Assembly: GCA_048268245.1 (NCBI GenBank)
Contig: JBLWVX010000020.1
Location: 1-43,430, forward strand
Length of the DNA: 43,430 nucleotides
Source of the DNA: Arcobacteraceae bacterium
GTDB lineage: Bacteria > Campylobacterota > Campylobacteria > Campylobacterales > Arcobacteraceae
Direction: 5' to 3'
Shown here: one piece after another, positions 19,841-30,064 of the stretch
Numbering within the stretch: position 1 is the first letter of the stretch
Layout of the letters: every line of letters starts with the position of its first letter
Notes under the pieces: generated by a model
What the model saw: only the letters and a program-made list of their open reading frames with translations
Told to the model about the DNA's origin: nothing
Database searches by the model: none
Position numbers and translations under genes: made by a program

Positions 19841-20864
19841 CAAATCCCTTAGTTAAATTATGTTTTACATTAAAAGTTAAAATACTATGACAATGCGGAC
19901 ATCTTGTATCATAAACTGGATGTACATTTTTACAACTTGAACAAATAAATTCAAAATCTAATGTTGCGTTTGTTTTATGCTCATGTTTATTCAAAGCTAT
20001 TAATATATCAAATACAAAATCTTTACTGTGATCTAAATTATCAAGATATCCTTTTGCATTGTAAAGTTCTACAAGAAATTCATTTTTGTATACTTTGTCA
20101 AAATCAATATCGTCAAAATTCAAATACCACATTAAATCCATAAAGTTTTTAACATCAAATTTATCTACATTCTCCCAAAAAAATGGTTTGTTAAACTGTA
20201 ATAAAAACTCTGCAAACAATCTTTGAATGCTTGGATTTTCTATAAAGATTTTATATAGAAGTTCGCTTCTTTTTTCGTAAGAGTAAACTGGATCATTTAT
20301 AATCATTAAAGCATCTAAATAAACTTTATCTTTTTGCATATCTTCATTTAACTCTTCTATGCAAGTTGTTACTTCTTTTGCTTTTTCAAATTCATTAAGT
20401 TTTTCATAAATTATAAGCAGTTTCATTAGAGCATTTTTGTTTCTTGGTGAGAATTTTAAGATTCTTAAGAAAATATCTTTTGATCTTTGTAAAAAACCAC
20501 CTTTGAAGTATGTCTCTCCTAAAAGCTCTAAAACTTCTTCTTTTTTTACTCTATCTTTTACATGTTCAAGTAGTGTTAAGTATACATTTATAGCTTTATT
20601 ATAGTTTCCTTTATGTAGAAATGTAGAAGCTAAAAGTAAAATTGAGTCAAATGGCAAATTGTAAGTTTTATAAAGATGTACATAATCATCTTCTTTTAAT
20701 TTTCCAAGTTCAAATCTACGTGATAGTTTTCTGTAATCTTTTCTAGCAACTCTTTCTTTGTAGATTCCATAAGAATAAGTGAAAAATGAGATTAAAAAGA
20801 TTAGTGCTACAAGTATAATAAGCCCAAAAAGAGGGTCTCTATACTCTAAAACTATATTGTCCAA
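19815..20864 (-). CDS. LapB/YciM-like protein: N-terminal TM, TPR repeats, C-terminal rubredoxin-like CxxC...CxxC
   Basis: LGETYFKGGFLQRSKDIF TPR resembles LapB LG.DY..AG..DRAE; C-terminal CSSC...CPHC. Confidence 0.72.
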   Translation of the reverse strand: MDNIVLEYRDPLFGLIILVALIFLISFFTYSYGIYKERVARKDYRKLSRRFELGKLKEDDYVHLYKTYNLPFDSILLLASTFLHKGNYNKAINVYLTLLEHVKDRVKKEEVLELLGETYFKGGFLQRSKDIFLRILKFSPRNKNALMKLLIIYEKLNEFEKAKEVTTCIEELNEDMQKDKVYLDALMIINDPVYSYEKRSELLYKIFIENPSIQRLFAEFLLQFNKPFFWENVDKFDVKNFMDLMWYLNFDDIDFDKVYKNEFLVELYNAKGYLDNLDHSKDFVFDILIALNKHEHKTNATLDFEFICSSCKNVHPVYDTRCPHCHSILTFNVKHNLTKGFDEANQSLQ

Positions 20865-20948
20865 GGTATGCCTTTTACCAAACTTTTAATATAAGTAGGT
20901 ATATTATCATAAAAGTTCATATAAAATAATAAAAGTGTATAATAGCTC

Positions 20949-22583
20949 ATGATAAAAAAAGAATCAATTGATAATTTAAAAAACCATCTAGATATTGTTG
21001 ATGTTGTATCTCAATCTTTAGAACTGAAAAAATCAGGGGCAAACTTTAAGGCTTGTTGTCCATTCCATGGTGAAGACACTCCCTCATTTGTAGTTAGTCC
21101 TGCAAAGCAGATATATCATTGTTTTGGATGTGGAGCGGGTGGAGATTCTATAAAATTTGTTATGGAATATGAAAAGTTATCTTACCCTGAATCTCTAGAA
21201 AAATTAGCTTCAATGTATAATGTAAATTTAGAGTATGATAATGTAAAACAAAAAAAACAAGATACAAAAGTTCTTGAAGATGTAAATAGATTTTATCAAA
21301 AATTATTTGTAAATAATAACACAGCAAAAGATTATATCAAAAGTAGAGGTATATCAGAGTTTTTTATAGAGAAATTTGAAATAGGATATGCTCCAAAATC
21401 TAATGACACAATAAATTTTTTAAAATCAAATCATTATAATCTAAATGAAGCCATTGATTTAGGTGTAATTGATACGGGAACAAATGGTTTATATTCAAGA
21501 TTTATTGAAAGAATTACATTTCCTATATATGCAATAAATGGAAAGATTGTAGGTTTTGGTGGTAGGACAATCACTGGACATAATGCAAAATATGTTAACT
21601 CTCCTCAAACTAAGCTATTCAACAAGTCAAAACTTTTGTATGGTTATCATTTAGCTAAAGAAAATATTTATAAAAAAAATAGATTGATTGTTTGTGAAGG
21701 ATATTTAGATGTAATTATGCTTCATCAAGCAGGTTTTAATACAGCAGTTGCAACCCTTGGAACTGCACTTACAAAAGATCACTTACCTCTTATAAGAAGA
21801 GGTGAACCAAAAGTAATACTTGCTTATGATGGTGATAAAGCAGGTCTTGCAGCTGCTTTTAAAGCATCGGTTATGTTATCTCAAGGTGAATTTGAAGGTG
21901 GTGTTGTTATCTTTGGTGAGGGAAAAGATCCTGCAGATATGGTTAAAGATGGAAAAATTGAAGAATTAGATAGGATGTTTGCAAGCCCTATTGATTTCAT
22001 TCCTTACAGTATTGATTATATTATTTCAAAATATGACATAAATAATGCAGCACAAAAACAAAAAGCATTAATTGAAGCAAATGATTATTTAAAATCTTTA
22101 GGTATTTTATATCAAGATGAATATAAAAGGTATATTGCTCAAAAGTTAAATATTAGAGAAAACCTTGTAAAAGTATCAACAGATATTAGTAGACCAATGC
22201 AAGTTAATTTATCTAAAGTTAATATACAAGAATTATGTATTATAAAAGCTATTTTAGAAAAACCAAGTAGATTAGATTCGGTTTTAGATTTGGTTGATTC
22301 TTCGATGTTTGAAGTACATAGAAATGAATTTGAATTATTGCTTAATGATATTAATAATATATCTTTAAATGCAATAACATTAAATGAAAAATTAGAAAAT
22401 TATGATGATGAAAGATTAGATAAAGAACTATTAATTTTACTTTATAAATTTTATACAAAAAAACTTAATGAATTAAAATATGATAATACTTTATCTTTAA
22501 GAGAGAAAGGTTCTCTTCTTAGAAAGACTCAAGATGCTTTAAGACAATTAAAATTAGGTAAACTTGTAACTTATGATTTATAA
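20949..22583 (+). CDS. dnaG: DNA primase
   Basis: CPFH...CFGC zinc finger, GFGGR, KYVNSP, Toprim EGYLDV and YDGDKAG. Confidence 0.98.
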   Translation: MIKKESIDNLKNHLDIVDVVSQSLELKKSGANFKACCPFHGEDTPSFVVSPAKQIYHCFGCGAGGDSIKFVMEYEKLSYPESLEKLASMYNVNLEYDNVKQKKQDTKVLEDVNRFYQKLFVNNNTAKDYIKSRGISEFFIEKFEIGYAPKSNDTINFLKSNHYNLNEAIDLGVIDTGTNGLYSRFIERITFPIYAINGKIVGFGGRTITGHNAKYVNSPQTKLFNKSKLLYGYHLAKENIYKKNRLIVCEGYLDVIMLHQAGFNTAVATLGTALTKDHLPLIRRGEPKVILAYDGDKAGLAAAFKASVMLSQGEFEGGVVIFGEGKDPADMVKDGKIEELDRMFASPIDFIPYSIDYIISKYDINNAAQKQKALIEANDYLKSLGILYQDEYKRYIAQKLNIRENLVKVSTDISRPMQVNLSKVNIQELCIIKAILEKPSRLDSVLDLVDSSMFEVHRNEFELLLNDINNISLNAITLNEKLENYDDERLDKELLILLYKFYTKKLNELKYDNTLSLREKGSLLRKTQDALRQLKLGKLVTYDL

Positions 22584-22661
22584 TTAATTTTTCTTTTTAT
22601 TTTTTTACTAGTTTAGTTTCTGTAGAATTCCATATATTGAATAAGAAAAGAGGAAAGAATA

Positions 22662-23045
22662 ATGAAATTTATAGAAAGTGATAATTTACCAGCAGCAATT
22701 GGACCTTACTCTCCTGCTGTAAAAGTAAATGGAATGATTTATACATCAGCACAAGTTCCTGTAACTTTAGATGGGACTTTAGTTGAAAGAGATATAAAAA
22801 TACAAACAAGACAAGTTTTATCAAATCTTAGAACACTTTTAGAAGATGCAGAAAGTGGTATGCATAATGTTGTAAAAGTATCAATTTATTTAGAAAATAT
22901 AGAAGACTTTGGTGTAGTAAATGTACTATTTGCTGAGGCATTTGGAGACCACAAGCCTGCTAGAAGCACAATCTCTGCAAAAGATTTACCAATGAACTCT
23001 TTAATTATGATTGATGCAGTTGCAACGGCAAGTGATTACCATTAA
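22662..23045 (+). CDS. Rid/YjgF family enamine/imine deaminase
   Basis: PAAIGPYS, NVVKV, PARS with conserved Arg. Confidence 0.88.
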   Translation: MKFIESDNLPAAIGPYSPAVKVNGMIYTSAQVPVTLDGTLVERDIKIQTRQVLSNLRTLLEDAESGMHNVVKVSIYLENIEDFGVVNVLFAEAFGDHKPARSTISAKDLPMNSLIMIDAVATASDYH

Positions 23046-23174
23046 GCAAATAATAAACTTGACTTAAACAAAGTTTAAAGTAAAATAAGATAGTATTCTG
23101 GTTCGAAAAATAAAGTTAGCATAAACTGTCAACGAGAAGTTAGCACATAGAACTGAATATTATGAGGAAGAAAA

Positions 23175-23492
23175 ATGTACGCAATTATTAAGTGTGGTGG
23201 AAAACAGTATAAAGTTTCTGAGGGAGATATCCTAAACATTGATTATACTGGTAAAGCTGCTAAAGAAACTTTAGAAATCACTGATGTTTTAGCTGTAAAC
23301 GATGGTGAATTAAAAACTGGTGAAGCTGTTGCAACTGCAAAAGTTGAAGCTGAAGTAGTTTTAGATGGTACAGGTGTAAATAGAGATAGAAAAGTAATTA
23401 TTTACAAAAAAAGAAGAAGAAAAGATTCTAAGTTAAAAAGAGGTTTCAGAAAAAGCTTCACTAAAATTAGAATTACTAAAATTGCTGCTTAA
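23175..23492 (+). CDS. rplU: 50S ribosomal protein L21
   Basis: [14 protein letters not shown]...KRRRK. Confidence 0.98.
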   Translation: MYAIIKCGGKQYKVSEGDILNIDYTGKAAKETLEITDVLAVNDGELKTGEAVATAKVEAEVVLDGTGVNRDRKVIIYKKRRRKDSKLKRGFRKSFTKIRITKIAA

Positions 23493-23517
23493 GCAATAAT
23501 TTCAAGGAGATAATAGT

Positions 23518-23772
23518 ATGGCTCACAAGAAAGGTCAAGGATCTACACAAAATAATAGAGATTCAGCTGGAAAAAGACTTGGTGTTAAGAAATATGGTGG
23601 AGAAACAGTTAGAGCTGGTAACATCATTTTAAGACAAAGAGGAACAAAAGTACACGTTGGTGCAAACGTTGGTATCGGAAAAGATCATACAATTTATTCT
23701 TTAATTGATGGTGTAGTTAAATTTGAAACTAAAGATAAAAAAAGAAAAAAAGTTTCAGTTTACGCTTCATAA
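23518..23772 (+). CDS. rpmA: 50S ribosomal protein L27
   Basis: [23 protein letters not shown]. Confidence 0.99.
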   Translation: MAHKKGQGSTQNNRDSAGKRLGVKKYGGETVRAGNIILRQRGTKVHVGANVGIGKDHTIYSLIDGVVKFETKDKKRKKVSVYAS

Positions 23773-23794
23773 TTTCTGAAGGAAAAAATGATTT

Positions 23795-23831
23795 AAAGGG
23801 TGTATGGCTTTTTTGCCTGCACCCTTTTTTT
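23795..23831 (+). terminator. Intrinsic terminator after rpmA
   Basis: AAAGGGTGTA-TGGC-TTTTTT-GCC-TGCACCC followed by T7. Confidence 0.8.
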
Positions 23832-23900
23832 ATTTAAAGTGTAAAATAAAAAGTTAATATTAGTTGATTTTTTATTTTACATATACCGTGGAGGTTTATA

Positions 23901-24992
23901 ATGTTTATAGATAGTGCCAAATTTTCAGTTTCATCGGGTAAAGGTGGACAAGGTTGTGCTTCATTTAGAAGAGAGAAATTTGTAGTAAAAGGTGGTCCTG
24001 ACGGAGGAGATGGTGGAAAAGGTGGTGATGTTTACTTTGTAGTAGATAACAACACAGATACTTTATCTTTTTATAAAGGAAGAAAAGTTTTCAAAGCAGA
24101 TAATGGAAAACAAGGAATGGGTTCTAGAATGACTGGAAAGTCAGCAGATGCTTTAATTCTTACAGTTCCTCCTGGAACACAAGTTATTGATGAAGATACA
24201 GGAGAGCTTTTACTAGATTTAGTAGAAGAGGGTGAAAAGGTTAAACTTTTAGAAGGTGGAAAAGGTGGATTAGGTAATGTTCACTTTAAAAACTCAAGAA
24301 ATCAAAGACCAACTTATTTCCAACCAGGACTTCCAGGTCAAACAAAAAATATTAGACTAGAGTTAAAACTTATAGCTGATGTTGGTTTAGTTGGATATCC
24401 AAATGTAGGTAAGTCAACACTTATTTCTACTACATCAAATGCAAGCCCAGAAGTTGCAAATTATGAGTTTACAACACTTACTCCAAAACTTGGAGTTGTT
24501 GAAGTTGGTGATTACAATTCATTTGTAATGGCAGATATTCCAGGAATTATCGATGGTGCTGCTGATGGTAGAGGTTTAGGTTTAGAATTCTTAAAACATA
24601 TAGAAAGAACAAAAACACTACTTTTCTTAATTGATGTAGCAAATTACAGAACGATGATTGACCAATATAATGTCTTAAAAGAAGAGGTTTCTAAATTCTC
24701 AAGTGAATTATCAACAAGAAATTTTGCAATTGCTTTAAGTAAGACTGATGGATATTATGGTGAAGATTTAGTTGGTGATATAAAAAAATTCATTGCTGAT
24801 ATTGGTTTAGAAGAATCAACATCAAATGAATTTGGTTTTGAGAAAGAGTTACCATATTTTGTTCAGGATTTAACTTATAATAGATTTGATAATAGTAAAC
24901 CATTTTTTGTTTTACCAATTTCTTCAATTACAAGAAAAAATATTGAAGCTATTAAATTTTCATTATATAAATTATTGGAACAAGGTAAATGA
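23901..24992 (+). CDS. obgE: GTPase Obg/CgtA
   Basis: Gly-rich FRREK...[28 protein letters not shown]. Confidence 0.98.
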   Translation: MFIDSAKFSVSSGKGGQGCASFRREKFVVKGGPDGGDGGKGGDVYFVVDNNTDTLSFYKGRKVFKADNGKQGMGSRMTGKSADALILTVPPGTQVIDEDTGELLLDLVEEGEKVKLLEGGKGGLGNVHFKNSRNQRPTYFQPGLPGQTKNIRLELKLIADVGLVGYPNVGKSTLISTTSNASPEVANYEFTTLTPKLGVVEVGDYNSFVMADIPGIIDGAADGRGLGLEFLKHIERTKTLLFLIDVANYRTMIDQYNVLKEEVSKFSSELSTRNFAIALSKTDGYYGEDLVGDIKKFIADIGLEESTSNEFGFEKELPYFVQDLTYNRFDNSKPFFVLPISSITRKNIEAIKFSLYKLLEQGK

Positions 24993-25753
24993 AAAGATTA
25001 GTAATAAAAGTAGGAACTGCTGTTTTAACACAAGACGGGCAGTTAGCAATTGAAAGATTATCAGCTTTAGTTGATTTAATTGCTAAATTAAAAAATGACA
25101 AAAACTATGAAGTTATCTTAGTATCTTCAGGAGCAGTTGGAGCAGGTTTTACTTCGCTTCAACTTGATAAAACTCAAGTTGCAAATAGACAAGCTCTAGC
25201 TGCAATTGGTCAACCTCTTTTATTAAAAAACTATAAAAAAAGATTTAAAGAACATGGAGTTACATGTGCTCAAATGCTTTTAATTGCTGATGATTTTGAT
25301 TCTAGAAAAAGAACTAAAAATGCGCAAAATGTAATGGAAATTTTACTTGAAAATAAAATACTTCCTATTATAAATGAAAATGATGTTATTGCAAATGATG
25401 AGCTTTTATTTGGTGATAATGACCAATTAGCAGCACATGTTGCATATCATTTTAATGCAGATATGTTAGTAATTCTAAGTGATATAGATGGGTATTATAA
25501 TAAAAATCCCAGAGAACATGATGATGCTGTTATGTTAAAGATGGTTTCTTCTATCGATGAAGAAGAGTTACAAATGAAACATACAGCAAATTCAGAATTT
25601 GCAACAGGTGGAATTGTAACTAAGCTAAAAGCTGCAGATTTTTTAATGAGAAACAATATTCCTATGTATCTTTCATCAGGTTTTGATTTAACAAATGCTT
25701 ATGATTTTTTAGTTGAAGAAAATCATAAAAGTGGAACAATATTTAGAAAATAA
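24989..25753 (+). CDS. proB: Glutamate 5-kinase (no PUA domain)
   Basis: [39 protein letters not shown]. Confidence 0.95.
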   Translation: MKRLVIKVGTAVLTQDGQLAIERLSALVDLIAKLKNDKNYEVILVSSGAVGAGFTSLQLDKTQVANRQALAAIGQPLLLKNYKKRFKEHGVTCAQMLLIADDFDSRKRTKNAQNVMEILLENKILPIINENDVIANDELLFGDNDQLAAHVAYHFNADMLVILSDIDGYYNKNPREHDDAVMLKMVSSIDEEELQMKHTANSEFATGGIVTKLKAADFLMRNNIPMYLSSGFDLTNAYDFLVEENHKSGTIFRK

Positions 25754-25762
25754 AGGTTTAAT

Positions 25763-26683
25763 ATGTCGAAAAAAGTCTTATTCATGGGAACACCTGATTA
25801 TGCAACAAAAATTTTTGAAGAATTGATGAATAGTTCATATGAAGTTGTTGCACTTTTTACTCAGCCAGATAAAAAAGTTGGAAGAAAGCAAGTTCTGACA
25901 CCTCCACATATTAAACAGTATTGCTTAGACAAAAATTTAGACATTCCAATTTTTCAACCTGAAAGATTAAGAAATAATGATGAAGCAAAAAGTCAGATTG
26001 AAAGTTTTGATCCTGATTTTATAATTGTTGCTGCATATGGACAAATATTACCTAAAGAGATTTTAGATATTGCTCCTTGTATTAATTTACATGCTTCACT
26101 ATTACCTAAATATAGAGGTGCTAGTCCAATTCAAGAATCATTACTAAATGATGATGAGTTTACTGGTGTTACATCTATGTTAATGGAAGAAGGACTTGAT
26201 AGTGGTGATATTTTAGGTTTACAATACTTAAAAATTACTCCTGAAATGGAAGTTGCTGAAGCTTTTAACAAACTTTCTGTAATTGCAGCTAAATTAACTA
26301 TAACTACATTAGATAATTTTGAAAATATCAAACCTAAGAAACAAAATGATGCAGAAGTAAGTTTTTGTGGCAAAATAAAAAAAGAAGATGGTTTAGTATC
26401 ATTTAAAAATGCTAAAAAATTATATTTAAAATATAAGGCTTATAGTTTCTGGCCTGGTGTATTTTTAGATTCAAAACTTAAAATTAAAGATATAAATTTA
26501 GTTGACTTAGAGTCTCAAAATAAAGAGGGTGAAATTTTAGAAATAAATAGTGATACTATTATTATAGGTTGTGAAACTGGCTCTTTATCAATCAAAACTA
26601 TCCAAGCTCCATCAAAAAAAGCTGTATCTTCTGTAGATTATATTAGAGGACAAAGATTAAACGTAGGTGATATTCTAGTTTAA
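25763..26683 (+). CDS. fmt: Methionyl-tRNA formyltransferase
   Basis: FMGTPDYA, TQPDK..GR, INLHASLLPKYRGASP. Confidence 0.97.
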   Translation: MSKKVLFMGTPDYATKIFEELMNSSYEVVALFTQPDKKVGRKQVLTPPHIKQYCLDKNLDIPIFQPERLRNNDEAKSQIESFDPDFIIVAAYGQILPKEILDIAPCINLHASLLPKYRGASPIQESLLNDDEFTGVTSMLMEEGLDSGDILGLQYLKITPEMEVAEAFNKLSVIAAKLTITTLDNFENIKPKKQNDAEVSFCGKIKKEDGLVSFKNAKKLYLKYKAYSFWPGVFLDSKLKIKDINLVDLESQNKEGEILEINSDTIIIGCETGSLSIKTIQAPSKKAVSSVDYIRGQRLNVGDILV

Positions 26684-26700
26684 TATAAAATACAACATAC

Positions 26701-27594
26701 TTATCCTAAATATGTTGTATATACAGTAATAGTAAATAAACTTAATAAAACTCCTAAAACTAAAGAGTTTATTGCAACTTTTTCATCTAACCCACCTTTA
26801 ATAGCTAAAACAGTTGCCATTGTCATAGGTGGCATTGCTACTTCTATAATTGTAACTTTAACCCAAGTCTCTTCAATTCCATAAAATAATTGAAATCCTA
26901 AAAGTACAATAATAGGAACAATTAGCATTTTTAAAATCATTGCCATTGAAACAACATGGAATCTTGCAAAAATATGTTTAAGTTCTAGTTTCATACCAAT
27001 AGCTATCATAGCAATAGGAACTAATGTTGCACCTAATGTTTCCGTAGTTAGGATTAAAAAATTAGGTACTTCAAAGTTTTTAGCTAATACTGTAATCAAA
27101 AACATTATAGATGGTGGAAATAAAACTACACTTTTAAATATAGATTTAACATCGTTTTTTCTTCCACTACCCCAAGTGATTATAAACATACCAATTGAGA
27201 CTAGAAGTAAAAAAGAACCAAATAAGTCATATATTAAACCATATACAATGTAATCTTGACCATAAAAAGCATCGATATATGAAAAACCTATAAATGAGGT
27301 ATTACCAAAGGTTGCCATAATCATAAATGTAGCAAGAATTACTCTTTCTAGCTTCATTAATTTTCCAATAAAATATGCAAGTGTTAGATTAAACAGTATA
27401 AACCCTATAAACATTAGTATTAAATTTAATATTCGTTCATCCAAAGTAAGAGGATAAATTTTTGAAAAAACAATTGAAGGAAGTGAAAAGTAAATAATAA
27501 ATTCAATTAACTGTTTTGAATTATCATGAAAAATGACTTTAAATAAGTAACCTAGTAATAAATACAAGGCTATTGGTAAAACTGGATCTAACAT
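26701..27594 (-). CDS. AEC (auxin efflux carrier) family transporter
   Basis: About 10 TM helices; FGNTSFIGF; IAIG..L; EVAMPP; start ATG 27594 with AAGG RBS and TATAAT at 27613-27618 on the minus strand. Confidence 0.88.
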   Translation of the reverse strand: MLDPVLPIALYLLLGYLFKVIFHDNSKQLIEFIIYFSLPSIVFSKIYPLTLDERILNLILMFIGFILFNLTLAYFIGKLMKLERVILATFMIMATFGNTSFIGFSYIDAFYGQDYIVYGLIYDLFGSFLLLVSIGMFIITWGSGRKNDVKSIFKSVVLFPPSIMFLITVLAKNFEVPNFLILTTETLGATLVPIAMIAIGMKLELKHIFARFHVVSMAMILKMLIVPIIVLLGFQLFYGIEETWVKVTIIEVAMPPMTMATVLAIKGGLDEKVAINSLVLGVLLSLFTITVYTTYLG

Positions 27595-27658
27595 AGTAAC
27601 CTTTTTTAGTTGATTATATTTAATGCAATCTTGTAAACCAATAATGTATAATGTTAAA

Positions 27659-28294
27659 ATGAAAATAATAAGATTAAATAAAGTAGATTCTACACACACA
27701 TACTTAAAAAAGTATCTAATTAACAACCCAAGTAATGAGATAACATGTGTTATTGCTGATATGCAAACAAATGGAATTGGAAGTAGGGGAAACTCATGGA
27801 CAGGTAAAGAAGGTAATTTGTTTTTTTCTTTTTCTATGAAAAAAAATATGATTCCAAAAGATTTGCCACTTCAAACATCTTCGATATATTTTTCTTTTTT
27901 ATTAAAAAATGTACTAAAAAGTTTAGGTTCAAATGTTTGGTTAAAATGGCCAAATGATTTTTATATTGATGATAAAAAAATTGGTGGAACTATTACAAAT
28001 TTGAATAAAGATATGATTTTTTGTGGTATAGGTTTAAACCTAATTGAGGTAAGTGATGAATTTGGAAAATTAGACATTTGCATTGATAAAGAAGAATTAT
28101 TAAAGAGCTATTTTTTACATTTGGAAAAACAGATTTCATGGAAGCAAATTTTTAGTGATTTTAAGATAGAATTCCAGAAGAGTAGAAAGTTCCAAGCAAC
28201 CATTGAAAATGAAAAAATTCCATTAAAAAATGCAATTCTTAATAGTGATGGTTCAATTAACTTAAATAATAAAAAGGTATTTAGTTTAAGATGA
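27659..28294 (+). CDS. birA: Biotin-[acetyl-CoA carboxylase] ligase (class I, no HTH)
   Basis: VDSTH, QTNGIGSRGNSW, LKWPND, KKIGG, GIGLN; ATG 27659 preferred. Confidence 0.93.
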   Translation: MKIIRLNKVDSTHTYLKKYLINNPSNEITCVIADMQTNGIGSRGNSWTGKEGNLFFSFSMKKNMIPKDLPLQTSSIYFSFLLKNVLKSLGSNVWLKWPNDFYIDDKKIGGTITNLNKDMIFCGIGLNLIEVSDEFGKLDICIDKEELLKSYFLHLEKQISWKQIFSDFKIEFQKSRKFQATIENEKIPLKNAILNSDGSINLNNKKVFSLR

Positions 28295-29067
28295 CAGAGA
28301 TTATTTCAATAGCTAACCAAAAAGGTGGAGTAGGTAAAACTACTACAGCTGTAAACTTAAGTGCTGCACTTGCCTTAGAGGGTAAAAGAGTACTATTAAT
28401 AGATGCAGATCCACAAGCTAATGCAACAACATCATTAGGTTTTCAAAGAGATACTTATGAGTATAATATTTATCATGTAATGTTAGGTACAAAAGAGCTA
28501 CCTGAAATTATGTTAGACTCAGAAATTGAAAATCTAAAAGTAGCTCCTTCAAACATAGGTTTAGTAGGTATCGAAAAAGAGTTCTATAAGAATATGAAAG
28601 ATAGAGAACTTGTTTTAAAAAGAAAAATAGATCCTATTAAAAAAGATTTTGATTATATTATAATTGATTCACCTCCTGCACTAGGACCAATTACAATAAA
28701 TACATTAAGTGCATCAAATTCAGTGCTTATTCCTATTCAATGTGAATTTTTTGCATTAGAAGGTTTAGCACAGTTATTAAATACTATTAAATTAGTAAAA
28801 CAAACAATTAATAAGTCTTTACAAATTAGAGGTTTTTTACCAACAATGTATAGCTCACAAAACAACTTGTCTAAACAAGTTTTTGCTGATTTAGCTCAAC
28901 ACTTTGAAAGTAAATTATTTAAAATAGATGAGAGTTCTTATGTTGTTATACCAAGAAATATTAAACTGGCTGAAAGCCCAAGTTTTGGTAAACCAATTAT
29001 GTTATATGATGCAAGTGCCACTGGTACAAAAGCTTACACAAATCTTGCAAAAGCAATTGCAGGTTAA
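28291..29067 (+). CDS. parA: Chromosome partitioning ATPase ParA/Soj
   Basis: NQKGGVGKTTT, DADPQANAT, PRNIKLAESPSFG. Confidence 0.96.
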   Translation: MTEIISIANQKGGVGKTTTAVNLSAALALEGKRVLLIDADPQANATTSLGFQRDTYEYNIYHVMLGTKELPEIMLDSEIENLKVAPSNIGLVGIEKEFYKNMKDRELVLKRKIDPIKKDFDYIIIDSPPALGPITINTLSASNSVLIPIQCEFFALEGLAQLLNTIKLVKQTINKSLQIRGFLPTMYSSQNNLSKQVFADLAQHFESKLFKIDESSYVVIPRNIKLAESPSFGKPIMLYDASATGTKAYTNLAKAIAG

Positions 29068-29090
29068 AAATATAATTAGGAAGAGATAAT

Positions 29091-29948
29091 ATGGCATTAG
29101 GTAGAGGATTAGGGGAATTATTAGGTGAAGTAGAAACTGCTTATGAAAGCTCAAATACACATAATAAAAATAGTAATAGTATGGAATTGGATATTTCAAA
29201 AATAAGTGCAAATCCAAATCAACCTAGAAAAATATTTGATGAAGAAAAATTAAAAGAGTTAAGTGATTCTATAGTAGAACATGGTTTGTTACAACCAGTA
29301 ACTGTTATTGAAATAAATGAAGATGAATATGTTTTAGTTGCTGGTGAGAGAAGATTACGAGCACATAAGTTGGCTAACTTAGAAAAAATAAAAGCATTTA
29401 TAATTGATGCTGATGAATTTAAGTTAAGAGAACTTGCTTTAATTGAAAATATACAAAGAGATGATTTAAATATTGTAGAATTGGCATATTCATATGCTCA
29501 ATTGATTAATGAACATGACTTAACACATGAAGAGTTATCAAAGAGAGTTTTTAAATCTAGAACATCAATAACTAATACATTAAGACTGTTACAATTATCC
29601 TCATATGTACAACAATTATTAGCAAATAGCAAAATTAGTGCAGGACATGCAAAAGTTATGCTTGGACTTAGCGAAGATGAGCAAAAGATGGTAGCTGACT
29701 CTATTATAGGTCAAAAATTATCAGTACGAGAAACTGAAAAATTAATTAAAGATTTGAAGACAAAAAACAACCCACAAGCAAAAAAGAGTAAAAAAGTAAC
29801 ATCATATGACTTTAACCCATTAAACGAGGTTGTTAAAATACTTAAAAATAGCGATTTGAAGGTAAAAGCAGAGAAGAACTATTTTAAAATTGAAATCAAC
29901 TCACAAGAAGATATTGAGAAGATTTCCTCTTATTTTAAGTTACAATAG
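29091..29948 (+). CDS. parB: Chromosome partitioning protein ParB/Spo0J
   Basis: LGRGL, NPNQPRK.F, GERRLRA, ENIQR, HTH. Confidence 0.96.
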   Translation: MALGRGLGELLGEVETAYESSNTHNKNSNSMELDISKISANPNQPRKIFDEEKLKELSDSIVEHGLLQPVTVIEINEDEYVLVAGERRLRAHKLANLEKIKAFIIDADEFKLRELALIENIQRDDLNIVELAYSYAQLINEHDLTHEELSKRVFKSRTSITNTLRLLQLSSYVQQLLANSKISAGHAKVMLGLSEDEQKMVADSIIGQKLSVRETEKLIKDLKTKNNPQAKKSKKVTSYDFNPLNEVVKILKNSDLKVKAEKNYFKIEINSQEDIEKISSYFKLQ

Positions 29949-30009
29949 TAACAAAAAACAGAAATTTAAAACGTAATTTATTCCTTTAATATTACTTTAT
30001 ATTTAACTT

Positions 30010-30018
30010 TGCTAAAAT
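30010..30018 (+). promoter_or_regulatory. Extended -10 promoter of the atp operon
   Basis: TGcTAAAAT about 45 nt upstream of the start codon, which has a GGAGG RBS. Confidence 0.55.
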
Positions 30019-30064
30019 ATACGAGTTTTAGTTAAACTAAACTGTAAAAAATATGGAGGAATGA

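Noticed and set aside
24989..25753. Short ProB lacking the PUA domain
   Set aside because: PUA-less glutamate 5-kinase is known in Campylobacter; the gene is not truncated.
27595..27726. Apparent overlap of the AEC and birA ORFs in the track
   Set aside because: Artefact of longest-ORF starts; better-supported starts at 27594 and 27659 remove the overlap.
28291..30064. Possible parS site near parAB
   Set aside because: I found no match to TGTTTCACGTGAAACA by eye; a motif scan would be needed to exclude degenerate sites.
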